63,892 bases of DNA, filler included, from Basidioascus undulatus (GCA_000826855.1; 5 parts of 5 records of this genome joined end to end with filler, not necessarily neighbours in it), one strand, 5' to 3'; shown: positions 25,042 to 38,631, counted from the whole stretch's first letter. Program-made: numbers and translations. Notes: generated from the letters alone by a model not told the origin.

Positions 25042-26759
25042 ATGTCCGGCTACACTTCGCTGCAGCCCTCCACGCCATTACGGCCCTCCTCCTCCTCAAC
25101 CTCAGCAGCCGCATCGCGCAGTGCAGGGCCACCGCCCGCAACACCCGCGCACCAGTCCACGTCGTTGCTTCTCAGAGGGTCCGGTCCATCACCGGCATAT
25201 ACGACCGTCCGTCTACGCCATCCTCCTGCCCCGTGCCTCCTCCATCTCTGTTGCTTGACTGACAGGGGAGGTGGCTGAACAGACTCGACGACATTCCCTG
25301 TATGGCACCGAGACGCGCGTGGTGCTCGACCTGGGCAGCCGGATCTGGAAAGTCGGCTTCAGCGGCGAGTCCGAGCCGCGGGCGGTGCTCGTCAAGGAGG
25401 GCCTGTGGGACTTAAGCGGCGTGCGGGACGAGGTAGGGATCGTTGATGGCTTGCGGGAGGTGTATATCGGGTGGGCCATCTTTCCCTCTTCATCTTTAAC
25501 TGTCTTGGCAGAGGGAGGGCTGCTGACGGGTCGGTCGAGGGTCGACCAGGCACCTCCAAACGGACCCCAAACAGCGCAAAGTCATCCTCCTCGAGAACCC
25601 GCTCCTCCCCACGCCTGTAAAGTCCGCCATTGCCCGAGCACTCTTCCAGAACCTTCATGTCCGTCCACATACCCTCTTCCTCTTCCCCTCCCTCTCTCAT
25701 TCCTCCAAACGAGCAGGTCCCCTCCCTCTCCTTTGCGCCCTCCCCGCTCCTCTCTCTCCTCGCCGCAGGGCGAACTACCGGCCTAGTAATCGACGTCGGG
25801 CACCTCGAAACGACCGTCCTAGGCGTGGGTCCTTCCCTTCTCTCCTTCCTCCCCTTCCGCACTCACCCTAACCGAATGTCGCAGATCGCCTCCACCCGCC
25901 CGCTCTTCCCCCTCCTCCTCAACACGCCCCTCGCCGGCCAGGCGCTCACGACCCGCCTACGCGCGCTCATCATCGCACACGGGACGTACCTGCCCCCACC
26001 GTCCCTCAACGTGGGCGCGTCCGCTCCCCTACCGACGCGCGTCCCACGGGACGTCCTCACCCCCTCTTGGCTCGAAGAAGCCAAAGGCCGGGTCCTCTTC
26101 GTCGAGCCGTCCGACGCCCCCCCGCTCCCCTCCGAATCCTCCCTCTCCGATCTCCTCTCCGACCTGCCCGAAGAAGGTCCTCCCCCAGACCTGCCGTACA
26201 CGGAAGAGACAGACCAGCAGCTCCTGACCGCCCTCGCCTCCCGCTACGCGCCAAACTCCGCAACGCCAGCACTCGCGATCCGCCTTCCTGCCTCGGGCAG
26301 GGGCGGACACGTCATCCTCCCCGGCTGGATCCGCGAGCGCGCGGCGGAGCTCTTCTTCGCCTCCACGGGCGACGTCGACGCGCCCTCCATCCCCGAAACA
26401 GTCCTCCACGCACTCGCGAAGATGCCGATGGACCTCCGACGGCCGATGGTCGACAATCTCCTCGTCGTAGGCGGGACTGTGGATCTCCCCGGGTTCGTCC
26501 CCCGCCTCCGGACCGAAATCCTCCGTCTCCTCTCTTCTTCCTCCCCAACCACCTCTTCCTCGCCTTCTTCCGCCGCCGCTCCACCCTCCTCCACCCCCCC
26601 ATACCAGCGCTCCAAATTCGCGCGCCTCGCCCCCCTCGCGAAGTGGCTCAACGTCCTCAACGATTCGGACCCCCCAGCGCCCGCGCCCGACGGCGAGGAA
26701 GACGCGGGCGGCTTGCCGGGCGGGAAGAAGCGTCGGCGGCTCGGCAGGCCGGAGAGGGA
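25042..26759 (+). CDS. ARP10: Actin-related protein (dynactin Arp10/ACTR10); truncated at contig end
   Basis: RRHSLYGTETRVVLDLGSRIWKVGFSGE...KVILLENPLLP...GRTTGLVIDVGHLETTV...GWIRERAAELFF...NLLVVGGTVDLPGFVPRL. Confidence 0.85.
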
Positions 26760-26859
26760 NNNNNNNNNNNNNNNNNNNNNNNNNNNNNNNNNNNNNNNNN
26801 NNNTTAATTAATTAANNNNNNNNNNNNNNNNNNNNNNNNNNNNNNNNNNNNNNNNNNNN
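26760..26859. other. Artificial contig linker
   Basis: N44-TTAATTAATTAA-N44. Confidence 0.99.
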
Positions 26860-28597
26860 CGTCTGCGCGCGCGCGCAGGAACGTCCGCATCTCCTCGTCT
26901 GCCTGCTCGTCGGGTGTGAGCGCGCGGCGGCTCCCATTACCGCTAGAGGAGGAAGCGGAGGACGAGGAGTAAGGCTCTTGTGGCCAGCTGAGGTCGAGGA
27001 GGGAGAAGCCGACGCTGACGGAGCGGGGAGGGGCGATGCGCGCGCCGAACGGACGGGCCGCCGTGACGGGGAAGACGGTGTCGCGGAGGGTGGAGGGCGA
27101 GAGGGAGGAGTACAAGGGGGACGTGTGGTGCAGGTAGGACTCGGCGTCGTCGAGGTGCCGCAGGAGCGGGCGGAAGTCGGTCGAGGGCGCGTCTTGGTGG
27201 ATGATGTTGAAGTGGGGGGGAGAGGGGGAGGAGGCGGCGTGTCGGGACGCAAAGTGTCCGATGAGGTCGGGGATGAGAGGCAGGGCACTGTGAGAACGAA
27301 AGGGTTGTGTCAGTAAGATGTATGCGGTATGAACCTGGAGTGCGAGTCGGTGAAAGACGCACTGTGACCGACTACTCCCATACTCGACTATCCGGAGCTC
27401 GTTCTTCCCCTCCAGCGGGACGTCCCTCACCAAGCAGTCCAGCACAGTAGCGACCCATCTCCTGAGCCCGTCCTCGAACGGGCGCAAGCCCTGCTCGCCA
27501 TCGACCTCCTCGACCTCGTCCCTCCGTCGCTCGCTTGACTTGCGCACGAGCATCTTGCCCTCGTCGATGCTCTGCTTTACGCCGGCAAGCGCAAGTGTGA
27601 CGCGGTCGCTCGGGTCCGCGCCGTAGAACTCGGAGAGTGCGGCCGCCGCGTGGGCGGGCATGCCGGGCGGGATGTGTGGTTGCGCGGCGGTGAGGGGGAG
27701 GGGGAGGTAGTCGTGGATGGAGGGCGAGCGGGAGGACGGCTGGTGGTGCGAGAGGGGGAAGGAGGACGAGGAGGATGCGGTGGAGCCTGTTGAGCCGGAG
27801 GCGGCTGCCGCGGCGTGCGCGTTCGTCAGGTGCGGGTGGCCGTGGTAGCGCGAGGGGAGGGTGTTGAGGGCGAGGGCCGATTGTGTGAGCTTGTGCTCGC
27901 GCTCGCGCTCCTTGCCCTTGGAGGAGGACGACGGCGGGGAGAAGGACCCCTGGCCGGACGCGGCGGACGAGAAGCCCTCCCAACCGGCAAAGTGGCTCTC
28001 CTCCGAGCTGCTCGCGGACGTGACCTCCTGCCTCAGCGGGCTGCCCGGGTGCCCGCGCGGCATGAGCCCGTGCCAGCCCTGGCCGTTGTTGGGCGGCGGG
28101 AGCGGCCCGAGCCCGAGCCCGAGCGATGCCGACGGCGTTCGCCGGTGCGGCACACCGGCGGACCGGCTCGAGGGCGCCGAGCGGCTGATGGAGGAGGCGG
28201 CGGCGTACGGGAGGAGGCTGATGGATGATTGTGGGGACGCGATGGTTTGTTGGGCGGGTGGTTGCGTGGGGGAGTCGTCAGCTGCAGTGGAGGGAAAGAA
28301 CGAGCTGGAGTTGGAGTTGTTGGACTTCGAAGACGAGTTCGAGCTTGAGCTTGACCGTGAGGGCCCTCCCTCAGCCGCTCGACCCGACTCGTTGTGCGGC
28401 TGTGTCCAAGCAGCCGCGAACGCCTGGTCGAACGTCCCCGCGGCGCTCAAACCCAAGCCGGCGGCGGAGGCGCGCCCACTCGTGCTCGTCTCCGCCGGGC
28501 TGGGGGGAAACGAGTGCGCCTGCGCGTGGTGGCTCTCTGGCTCGGCCATCTCGACGTCGGGGGTGTCGGGCGCGGGGCTGGGGAGGTCGGTGTGCAT
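26860..28597 (-). CDS. SABATH-like (SAM-dependent carboxyl methyltransferase fold) protein with a long disordered N-terminus; 3'-truncated, start uncertain
   Basis: LRIVEYGSS...IIHQDAPSTDFRPL...AARPFGARIAPPRSVSVGFSLLDLSW...QADEEMRTFLRARA follows the SABATH motif order; intron 27361-27288. Confidence 0.6.
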
Positions 28598-29589
28598 CGG
28601 CGGGGGGGGCGGCAGCGGCGCGGGCTTGGGCGGCGCGAGCGCTACTGGGTGGAGGAGCACACGCGTCGCTTGGGCTTAGGGCGCGGGCGGTGGGACGAGA
28701 TAGGGGTGGCGCAGGCGGGGGAGGAGGGGGAGGAGGGGCGTGTGACGGAAGGGTGGGCATGGGAAGAACTGAGGGGGGCGTGTGGGACGGAAAGGGAGAG
28801 TGTGAGGAGGGAGGAGGGGGCGTTCGGGTGGTGTGTCGCGTGAGTGCGTTTGCTTGGGATCTGAGAAGGAGGGTGGGACTGATGCTTTTGGATGAATAGG
28901 TGGCTTGAGGTGTGGCATGAGCGCCGGTTGGCACAGCTCGACCGGGACGGGCAGCAGAGCCGCTGAGCGCTCGTTCTCCCCCGCTCGCAGTCCGTTCTCG
29001 CTTGGCCGGGACACTGCCATGCACTACCACTTTCCTGCTTCTCCCCATTTGCCGCCGGTATCTCTGGTGTTCGCACATGTACTTTTCAACTCTGTTGTTC
29101 CCTGCTTCGTGTACTGTACCCCTTTCCTGTCCCTGTTAACGTTCCCGTTCTGCTGCTCGATACCCTGCTGCTGCTGCTGCTGCTTTGTCGCTATACCTCC
29201 CTTTGACTATACCCGTGCCTTATATGGTACTTTTAATAATATTTTACGTCTGTTTGAAGATGCACTTGCTGTGCTGTGTTGTGTCGTTGAGTGTGGGCGC
29301 GTGCGGACGCTCTCATGCAGTCGATAGTGGACCGGACGATGTAGATGCCCTGTCAGTCGCACGAGTAGACACGTTGTGTAATTATGCAGGATTCTGTCCA
29401 TCAATCGTGCACTGCACGTTGGAAATCTCAAAGACGAAAATTTCTCTGCAGCGCAGCGGTCCTTTCAGTCGTTTGTTGTCTCAGCTCGGAAATGAATTCC
29501 CAGGGCCTCCGAGCGGGGAGCCGACGCGACTGAGCGCGTGCGCGCCGCCGTCATGCTGAACGTTGACAACGACGAGCTCGCAGCTCACG

Positions 29590-32500
29590 ATGGGTATGCA
29601 GCTTGCGATATGGAACGGATTTACGGGAGCTGATCTTCAGTGGTCTGCAGATACACATCTTGCAAAGGCGCTGTACGACGCCAAGTACGAGCGCCGCAAG
29701 TCGGCTGCGCTCGACCTCGAGAAGCACGTCCGCCCCGCGCTGCCTACCAATCCCAATCCCATTCCCAGTCCCCATCTCGAAGCATCTAACAGCGCTCATG
29801 TCCCACAGGCTAGTCCGCGACTGCCTCTCGCACGCCGATCACGCGCGCATCACGCAAATAATCGACCAGCTCTGCGCGTCCTTCGCGCCCTCCTCCGCGC
29901 CGCCTAACGCCCGCAACGGCGGGCTCATCGGCCTCGCCGCCGCGGCGATCGCGCTCGGGCCGGAGGTCGCACCCTACTTGGACACGATCGTGAAGCCCGT
30001 GCTCGCGTGCTTTTCGGACCCGGATAGTCGGATACGGTGCGTCGAGGGGTGGGGGAGGGGGCTGATGCGGATGCGGATGAAGGAGGGCTGAGTGGGACGG
30101 GGAGGATAGGTACTTTGCTTGTGAGAGCATGTACAACATTGCTAAGGTGCGCTGGGGTGATCTTCTCCTCGGGCTTGGGTTATCGGGCTGATGTGGGAGC
30201 CTGCAGGTCTCGCGAGGCGAGATCCTCCTGTACTTCAACGAAGTCTTCGATGCCCTAAACAAAGTACGACGTCCACCCCTTCCTCACTCCCTACCCACTC
30301 ACCCCTCAAGCATATGTCCGCCCTACCCAGCTCGCAGCCGACTCCGAAGTCTCGGTCAAGAACGGCGCCGAGCTGCTCGACCGCCTGCTCAAGGACATCG
30401 TCGCCGAGTCCGGGCCGGCGTACATCTCGCACGACCCGCTCGTGCTCGAGAACGACCGGGAGGAGCTGAAGCGCGCCGAGGCGGGCGAGGGCGCGGGCGC
30501 GGAGGCGAAGCCCGTGAGAACGAGGACGTTCAGCCTCGCGAGGTTCATCCCCCTCCTCGAGGAACGGATCTACGTCGTCTCCCCGTTTACAAGAACATTC
30601 CTTGTGTGAGTGTTTCTGAGCGCAGGGGAGCCTGGTGGCAGCAGATGCACGGGCTGACCTATTCGGGCGAGACAGATCTTGGATCACGGTCCTTGACTCC
30701 ATCCCCGATCTCGAACTCGTCACCTATCTGCCCCATTTCCTCGACGGCCTCCTCCGTTCGTCGCCTCTCCTATCCAGATCCTTCATCCGCATCTGATCCC
30801 TGCAAACAGGCTATCTCGGAGACCCCAACACGGACGTGCGCGTTGCGACGCAGGGCGTGCTCGCCGAGTTCCTGCGCGAGATCCGTGAAGCGGCGGAGGT
30901 GGAGCGGGCGCGCTCGGAGGCGCGGCGGAACAGCGCGGCGGACGAAAGCGTGGAGGGTGAGCCCGTCGAGCTCGAGGAGGAGGAGCTGTTCGAGCCGGGC
31001 GGGGAGCGGGCGGAGCCGGACGAGGAGGACGAGCCGGAGGGCGAGGGGTCCGGCGCTTGGGTCCCCGGGCAGGGACTCAGGATCGATTACGCTGCGATTG
31101 CGGAGACGCTGTTTAAGCATCTTACTTCTCCAGGTTCGTCCAGACCAGTTCTTTGCGTTCTTATACGTAAGTAAGGGAGACTGACGCGGGGACGAGACGA
31201 CGCGGCAGACGAGGAGATCCAAGCGACGTCGATGCGCTGGCTCTCGGAGCTCCTCTCGTACGCGCAGGCCGTCCTAGTCCCCTTCACTCCGCGCCTCATC
31301 CCAGCCATCCTGCCCTACCTCGCGCACCACATCCCCGCCATCCAGGTCGCCGCGCAGGAGACGAACCGCCGGCTGTTCGCCGTCGTGCGCGACCTCCGCG
31401 AGCCCGCCTCCCTCGCGTCTCCCTCCGCCTCGCCCGCGTCCGCACCGAGGCCGCTCGCGCCGGAGGAGGGGCACCGGAGGACGCCGACGCCGTCGAGCAG
31501 AGAGAGGCAGAGGGACGAGGATCCCTTCGACTACCAGCTTACCGTCGCGAACCTCACGGTCCAGCTCCTTAATGAGCATGTCGAGACACGCGTGGCGGCG
31601 CTGGACTGGATGCTTATGCTTCATACGCGCACTCCGGGCAAGGTGCGGTGGAGTGCCATCTTGTTTGCCTTTTGATTGCGAGGCTCACGCTGTGGCCGCG
31701 GGTATAGGTCCTCACGCTCGAGGATGGGACGTTCCCCGCCCTGCTCAAGACCCTTTCAGATACATCCGACGAAGTGCGTTTCCTCTCAATGCGCCTGTCT
31801 TCCCCCTCACTAAGCTATCGGCTGACTTCCGGTCGACGCCGTGGACAGGTGATCAAGCGCGACCTGCAGCTGCTCGCGCAGATCTCGTCCTCGTCCGAGG
31901 ACGCCTATTTCGCCGCGTTCATGGCGAACCTCCTCGAGCTCTTCTCGACCGACCGGCGCCTGCTCGAGGCCCGCGGATCGCTCATCGTCCGTCAGCTCTG
32001 CCTCTCCCTCGGCGCAGAGCGCATCTACAAGGCCTTGGCGGAGATCATCGAGAAGGACGAGGTGGGTGCTTCGTGTCTGCAGCTGTCATGGCGATCGTTG
32101 AGCTCATAGAAGATGCCGCGGAACAGGACCTCGAGTTCGCAAGCATGATGGTGCAGAAACTGACGGTCGTGCTCATCACGAGCCCCGAGCTGGCGGACCT
32201 TCGGAAGCGACTGAAGAACCTCGAGTCCCGGGTGCGTTTGCGACGCACGTGTATCTCCTCCGCGCTTTCGGCTAACCGCCAGGGGGTGGACAACAGGACG
32301 GGCAAATGCTCTTTTCCGGCCTGTATCGGTCATGGTGCCACAACCCCGTATCAGTGTTCTCTCTCTGCCTCCTCGCGCAGGCATACGAGCATGCGAGCAA
32401 CTTGCTGCAGATCTTGTGCGTCTGCTTCTCAGACGTTTGTCCCTCCTAACGCGGTGTTGGCTGACGCGGTTGCACCTAAAGCGCCGACTTGGAGATCACT

Positions 32501-33346
32501 GTCGGCCTGCTCGTCCAGATCGACAAGCTCGTGCAGCTGATCGAGTCGCCCGTCTTCACCTGTTCGTGATCTTCCCCTTTCCGCCCGGCTTCTTCGTCCA
32601 CTGACACAGGTTTATCGAGTAGCCCTTCGCCTCCAGCTCCTGGAGCCGGAGAAGCACCCTTACCTCTTCAAGTGCTTGTACGGCCTGCTCATGCTCCTAC
32701 CGCAAAGCACCGCGTTCGTCTCCCTGCGCAACCGCTTGAACGCAGTATCCTCGATGGGCTTCCTTCATGTCGCTCCGAGATCGTGTGTACTGTTCATTTG
32801 GGGTTTTGCGAAGGACGTACCTGACAGTCAGCGCACGCCAGCTCGTACTCGACCGCCGCGGCATCACGATCCAAGATCGCCGGCAAGGACGATATCAAGT
32901 GGGCCGAGCTCCTCTCCCACTTCCGGGCCGTGCAAGGGAAGCACGAAAAAACGCGGCGCCTCGCGCTCGGCACCGGGCCCGACACGCTCATCTCTTCGTT
33001 CGACCCCACCCCCGCGTCCGAGCCCGCATCCGCATCCCGCACTCCGACCCTCCGCCCCGCGCTCCGCCGCAAGGCCGACCGCGCAGGCCCAAACATGTCC
33101 GGAGGCGCCGCGCCCGGCCGGAGCGTGTCGAGCCCCGCGAGCGCCGCGCTTAGCCCGCTCAACCCCAAAGCGCGCACCGCCTCGGGCGGGTCGGCTCTCC
33201 TCGCGAACGGCGCGGGAGGTGCGGGCCCCACGCCGCCCAGCCAGAGCCCCGCAGGCGGGGCATTTGCGGGCGTCGGGACGAGCAAGCTGAGACGGCCGAC
33301 GGGCGGGTCGGGGACAGTGATGCCTGCGCCCAGCGGGCGCAAGTGA
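29590..33346 (+). CDS. VAC14: PI(3,5)P2 regulatory scaffold (HEAT repeats)
   Basis: [18 protein letters not shown]...[17 protein letters not shown]...[12 protein letters not shown]...[17 protein letters not shown]...[10 protein letters not shown]...[15 protein letters not shown]...[11 protein letters not shown]. Confidence 0.96.
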
Positions 33347-33739
33347 TGTGGATGTTTCGTTTGCCCCATTTTCTGATTCGTGGTCGTCGGTTTCTTCTCG
33401 CTACTCTTTCACTGCAGCCGTTCTTCTCGTGTTGTTCCACCTAGGTATCTCGATTGTCCACTCGTCGCCCCATCCTTTATTGCATTATACCCACCCATCT
33501 CATTGCATCTGCGCCCGGACATGGTCAGGTGTGTCGATTCGATTGGCCCACTCAGTTCTGTGCTGTGTGGTAGCTCCGGAAGGCCGGCCCGACAGTCGTC
33601 CGCATGGCACAGTTGCGAGCGGTAACTTACCACTCGTTTCGTTCCATATAACGTGCCAGCATTCGTTCTGCACTCGTTACCTACCTTCTTGCCTTGACAA
33701 TCCACCTGCAGTCTTTTATCTTCCTATACTTCGTCCCCA

Positions 33740-35164
33740 ATGAGCGCGCCTACCCTCCTCGAAGCGTTTCGCAAGCACACCTCGCTTGACCTTGACGCTA
33801 TCGACGAAGTTGGTTCGTACCCTTGATTTTCTGTCCTGTTCTCCACTTTTCTGACTGCGCATCGCTGCCTTTGTAGTCGCCGTCCAACATCGACCCTTCA
33901 CGGACATGACTGTGAGGAGCGAAACGACTGCGTTGCCCGCGAGGGGCTGCTAAGTTGCTCGAACGCTTACAGTGCAACCAAGCTATCGTCCTCATCGAGC
34001 TTTCGAAGCCGAAACACGCGGGAGTCATGCGGGAGGCCGCTCGGGAGGCTAAGGCGTTTGCTCATGAGATGGACGTGGGCGAAGACGGGCTGGAACAGCT
34101 CGTCGTCGACTGGGCCGTGAGTCTCTCACTAAGCTGCCGTGCTTTTTCACCACTCAGTCCCCGTTTATCGTTCTTAGTCTGTCAAAGTGGCCGTCCGCGT
34201 CTGGCCGCATCTCTCGCCGCAAGGCTACGTGCTCCTCCAGACCGCGCCCTCCCTCGCCGGTGACACAGCTCGCACCGTCGCTCACGCGCTGCAGCAAGTC
34301 GCCCTGTTCGGCCGCGCCGGCGTTCCCAAGCACCGGGTCTGTATTAAGGTGCCTTCAACCCTCGAGGGTCTGCGTGCCTGCAGGGAGCTGGAGAGCACGC
34401 ACGACGTGCGCACGCTGGGGACGACGCTGTTCTCCCTCGGACAGGCGCTCGGAGCTGCGGAGGCTGGCTGCACTGTACGTCCATTCCTTACTCACTCGTC
34501 GCAAAATGGTCCTGAAAAGCTGACCCGGGCACTTAAAGGCGGTCTCGCCGTATCTTAACCCGCTCTATGTCCACTTCGAGGCCAGTCGCCATGTCGTTTA
34601 TGATAACCCAGTCAAGGAGCAGTGCGGCGTCCGGCTCACAGCTGAGATTCAACGGGAGTACCGCCGGCGCGGGATCAGCACGAAGGTGAAAGCTGCTAGG
34701 TGAGATATTGTTGTTGAGTTACTGTCTTGATTCCGATGCACAGCGCACTGAATGCGCTTGTGGGGGTGGGGGCTGCCGCAGTTTCATCACAGTCGAAGAG
34801 GTCGTCGCAGTGACGGGCGTGGACCAGGCGACCATCGGGCCTGGCATTCTTGCTCGTAAGTTCTCCGTCTGAGGTTTCCCAGTTCAAAACCTCAAACCCG
34901 TCTTCTCTCATCGCAGAGCTCGCCGCAACCACCCTCACCCCGAAGCTCGCCGCCCTCCAAGCCGACGCCCTCACAGCCTTGTCCGCTCGCGCTGACACGC
35001 TCAACGCCGACAAGCGTTTCTCGCTGGATGAGCCGGCGACCGAGCTGAAAGCCGCCCTCGAAGATCCCGAAGTCAAGGCTCTGCAGGAGGACGCGCTGGA
35101 GCGCTTTGGGCGGGCGGAGCGGGAGCTGCTGAGGATGGGGAGGGAGTCACTGTCGGCACTGTAA
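33740..35164 (+). CDS. Transaldolase/fructose-6-phosphate aldolase family protein
   Basis: DLDAID...DMT/CNQAIV...GYVLLQTAPSLAGD...VCIKVPSTLEGLRACRELE...TLGTTLFSLGQALGAAEAGCT/AVSPYLNP; Schiff-base Lys present. Confidence 0.85.
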
Positions 35165-37259
35165 CCGATTCCGAAGCTTTACCTACATCCAAGAAGAGTA
35201 CACGAAATATATTCGACTGTAATCTTTAGGAATATTGCATGATACCGCCGTAGCGAATCGCTGCAAAATGGTTCACGTTCAGTCTGCAGCCGACCTGCGG
35301 GCATGTGGCCGCGTGTTAGTTGCGCCGTTATGAACCATCCCCAAAATTAACAAGGTCTTTATTTGACAAGCCCAGGTCTCAGAACTCATATGGACTACGT
35401 TCGGCCTGGTGCCTAAGAGGGCTGGGACAGCCAACATGTCGCATCTCACGCGACCGCACATTCTCAGGTAATGTTGGTGGGCTTGTTGACTCCAATTTAG
35501 TCTCTGCCCCCGGGAATACACGCAACCCCTGGCAGTACAGGAGTCGGCGACGTCGAGGTTGCCCGTATTTGATGTCCCGCAGACGCGAACCGGGGAGGAT
35601 CGGACGGGGGAACGGAAATGACCCATGGATCTTGGCGAGCTCAACATGTATGGGCAGGCTGAAACACAACAATGCCATGCAAGCATCAATAAGGCAACAT
35701 CCAGTCCAGCACCCACTCCCTCGCTAGCCCTCCTTCCCCGTGACCCCACCCCAGCGTCCACGTCCATCCCCACCTTCTTCCTCTTCCTCTCCTCGCTCCC
35801 CAGCAGCAAAGTTCAGCTCCACAGGCATATCCACCTCCTGAGGCAGACTATGAAATTCCGGCATCGTCGCGCCCTCCGCTGTTTTTGGGAAGCTGAGAAT
35901 GGGCCAAAAGACACACCCCGCGGCTCCGCGAATCGGGGCTGTATGCGCACACCGCGCAGTTTGAACTTCATTTGTTTTCTTTGGCTGGCGATTCCTCCTC
36001 GTTTGGCTTGAATGAATAGATACCTTGATTGTTGCGTGGTCCCGCCTGGTTCAACATGACTGCGTACAATTGCAAGATGTCTCATCCGGGTCCCGCAGAC
36101 TCACGGCCAAGCCTCATGAAGACCGCATGCCTCATTATCAGCATATTCCTTGTTAACATAAGCCAGCATATAAAACAAATAATTTATTCTCAGGCCCTCC
36201 CCACCGTCGCTTCCGCATAAGTCGGGAGCGTTTCCAGCTGGTACCCCCGAGCCGTGACCGGTGGTACATCGGTACATCATCATGCCGGTCCGCCAGAGAT
36301 TCAAAGCAGTGTCGAAGAGCCGAAAGCTAGAAAACGCAGAGTTTGGTTCAGCACTCACAAGGACGCACCTGGTTCTCAATCCGCTCCACCCTGTCCCTCA
36401 CCCCCCTCAACACACAATCAAACCCCTCCCATCCCCTCTCCTCCGCCCCCTCCCTGAACCTCCTCTCCAGCCCCGCATGCATCCACCCCACCCCCGCAAT
36501 CTCCCTCCCCAGCTCCTCCAGCTCCCCCCAAACGGGCCATCCCTGCTCGTGGCTCTACAAAGCGCCGCGAACTCGCGCCGATTTCGACTATCGGCGCTCC
36601 CGAGCTGCGCGAGCCGCAGGCGCGCGCGGAAGCGCGGCGGGTCGTCCTCGGAGAGGATGCGCAGAGGGAGGGGGGAGGCGGATGCGGGAGTGGAGGAGGG
36701 GCAGATCGGCGTTGGGCTGCGTGGAGTGCAGCGTCGTGACGGACCAGGACATGGTGGGGTGCTTTAATGCGATTGATGTGTTTGGGTGAATTTATGTAGG
36801 CAAGGGAGATGGGAAGGGGAAGGGGAAGTGTGTGGATCAAGGCGAGGCGCCTGCTTTCTTTATGCGAGTTGATCGACTTGAGGCTTTGCTGGCTGTGCCA
36901 TGGCTCGCCGGGTCGCAAGTGGCGCGCCGACGGGGGAGCCGGTAAATAAGGCGGTGTTGCCGGTGACTGCCGAAGATTCGAGGTGATGCGTATTCAGAAA
37001 AGCACACATTTCTTTGTAAGTCATCTGGCAGTATGCAATGTCTGCTTGTGTTTGCTTGTTGACCGCACTGCTGTGTTCTAGCGGGCATGCCCGGGGATCC
37101 TTCGTCCAGAATCCAGAGGGTCGATCCGAGAATCACGGCCACCGCCAAGCTGGTGGGACAAGTATAGGCAAGTGTAGCGCGTGTTCTTCTCAGCTGAGCG
37201 AGTGTCAGTTTCTTTTGTTGCGCCAGCACCCACCAGCGCACACGCTTCATTACGCCCTG

Positions 37260-38444
37260 CTACAAGTCCAGCTCGCTATCCGAGTCGTCCGCGGCCTCCC
37301 CGCGCCGAATCGCCCCATTTCTCCGCACTTCCTTCCCCCCATCCTCGTCGTCCGAGCTGTCCCGCCCCACATCCCGCTTCGGCTCGTCTCTCCGCGAGGC
37401 GAAGGGGTGCGCGTCGCTCAGCGTCGGCTTGGCGTCGAGCGCGGTCGAGGTGAGGAGGAGGTTCTCGAGATCTGTTCAAGGGGAGAGTCGAGTGAGAAAG
37501 TGCGAGATGGTGTGAAGGAAGGATGAGGAGGTTGGTAAGGAGGAAGAGAGGGTGGGGAGGAAGAGACGGGAAGGAGGAAGAGATGGTAAGGAGGAAGAAG
37601 GAGGTGGTGGTGGTTAACGGACCTTTCAGAGTCGTGTCCATCCCCTTCAGTCCAGTCCCGCCGCCCTTGGACCCGACAATCTGGCGCCGGATGCCACCGG
37701 CGCGGTAAATGAGGAGTGTCGGGAGGTTGCGGTCCGGATAGTCGGGGATGCACTGGTTGCCGATGATGGAGACGAACTTTGTCGAGGAGTACTGCGCCGC
37801 GAGGGCGTCGAGGTGCTCTTTGAAAAGGCGGCACTCGGGGACGCTGCACGACCCACACACCTCCCACATCAGCCCCAGTCTTCACTCCGCTCTAGTTTAA
37901 GGAAGAAGAGATACTACGCACGCATCAGAATACAAGAAGCACACCACGCCCGTGCCCTCCGCTCCGCCGTCCTTGCTCGCCTCCGTCACCTCGCGCGTAT
38001 AGTCCGGCCTCGAAATGGGGAACACGCGCCCGAACCGCGCCTTCGCGCGCAAGTCCCGCATCTCCGCCAGCCGCTTCTCGCGGTAGCCCAGGAGGACGCG
38101 CTCGTCCTCGCTGTCCGACGCGTCCTCCGCGGCTTCCGCGAGCGTGTCCACGTCCGCGACGGACAGCGCTGCGTGACGGAGGTCTGAGTAGGTGATATCG
38201 TTCTCCGGGGAGGCGGGGCGCGAGGGCGCTTTCGGGGGGATGATCCCGCGCGCGCGGAGGGCGTCGTTGCTGTAACAGAGTCCGAGGCTCAGCTTGAACA
38301 GAAGGGCGAGAGAAGAGAATGCACGCACAATTCGGTATCGTCCGAGGTGCGGACTGCGCCCATCGTGGGGCGGTACGGCGCATTCTCAGGGAGGAACGTG
38401 CTGTCGTTGCCCGACTGGGCCTGCGGCTCGAACGGGTTGAACAT
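37260..38444 (-). CDS. PLP2: Phosducin-like protein (PDCL3/VIAF)
   Basis: DTE/FNDALRARGIIPPK...YREKRLAEM...FGRVFPISRPDYTREVTEAS...VVCFLY...TKFVSIIGNQCIPDYPDRNLPTLLIY. Confidence 0.92.
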
Positions 38445-38631
38445 GGCGGGTGTGGTTGGCGAGCAGGACAAGGCGATGACGACGGGAGAAGACAGCGTGC
38501 TTAGCCCGATTCCCGCGCCCGTGCCCCGGCATTCAGCCGCCCACTGCAGCCCGCCGCTCCGCTCCTGACCGCAGCGTTCATCTCGCCTCATCGCTCACCG
38601 CATCTTACGCAAACCAACCATCAAACTGACC

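Noticed and set aside
36261..36789. GC-rich exon-like segment with several open frames
   Set aside because: No recognisable homology or consistent splice model.
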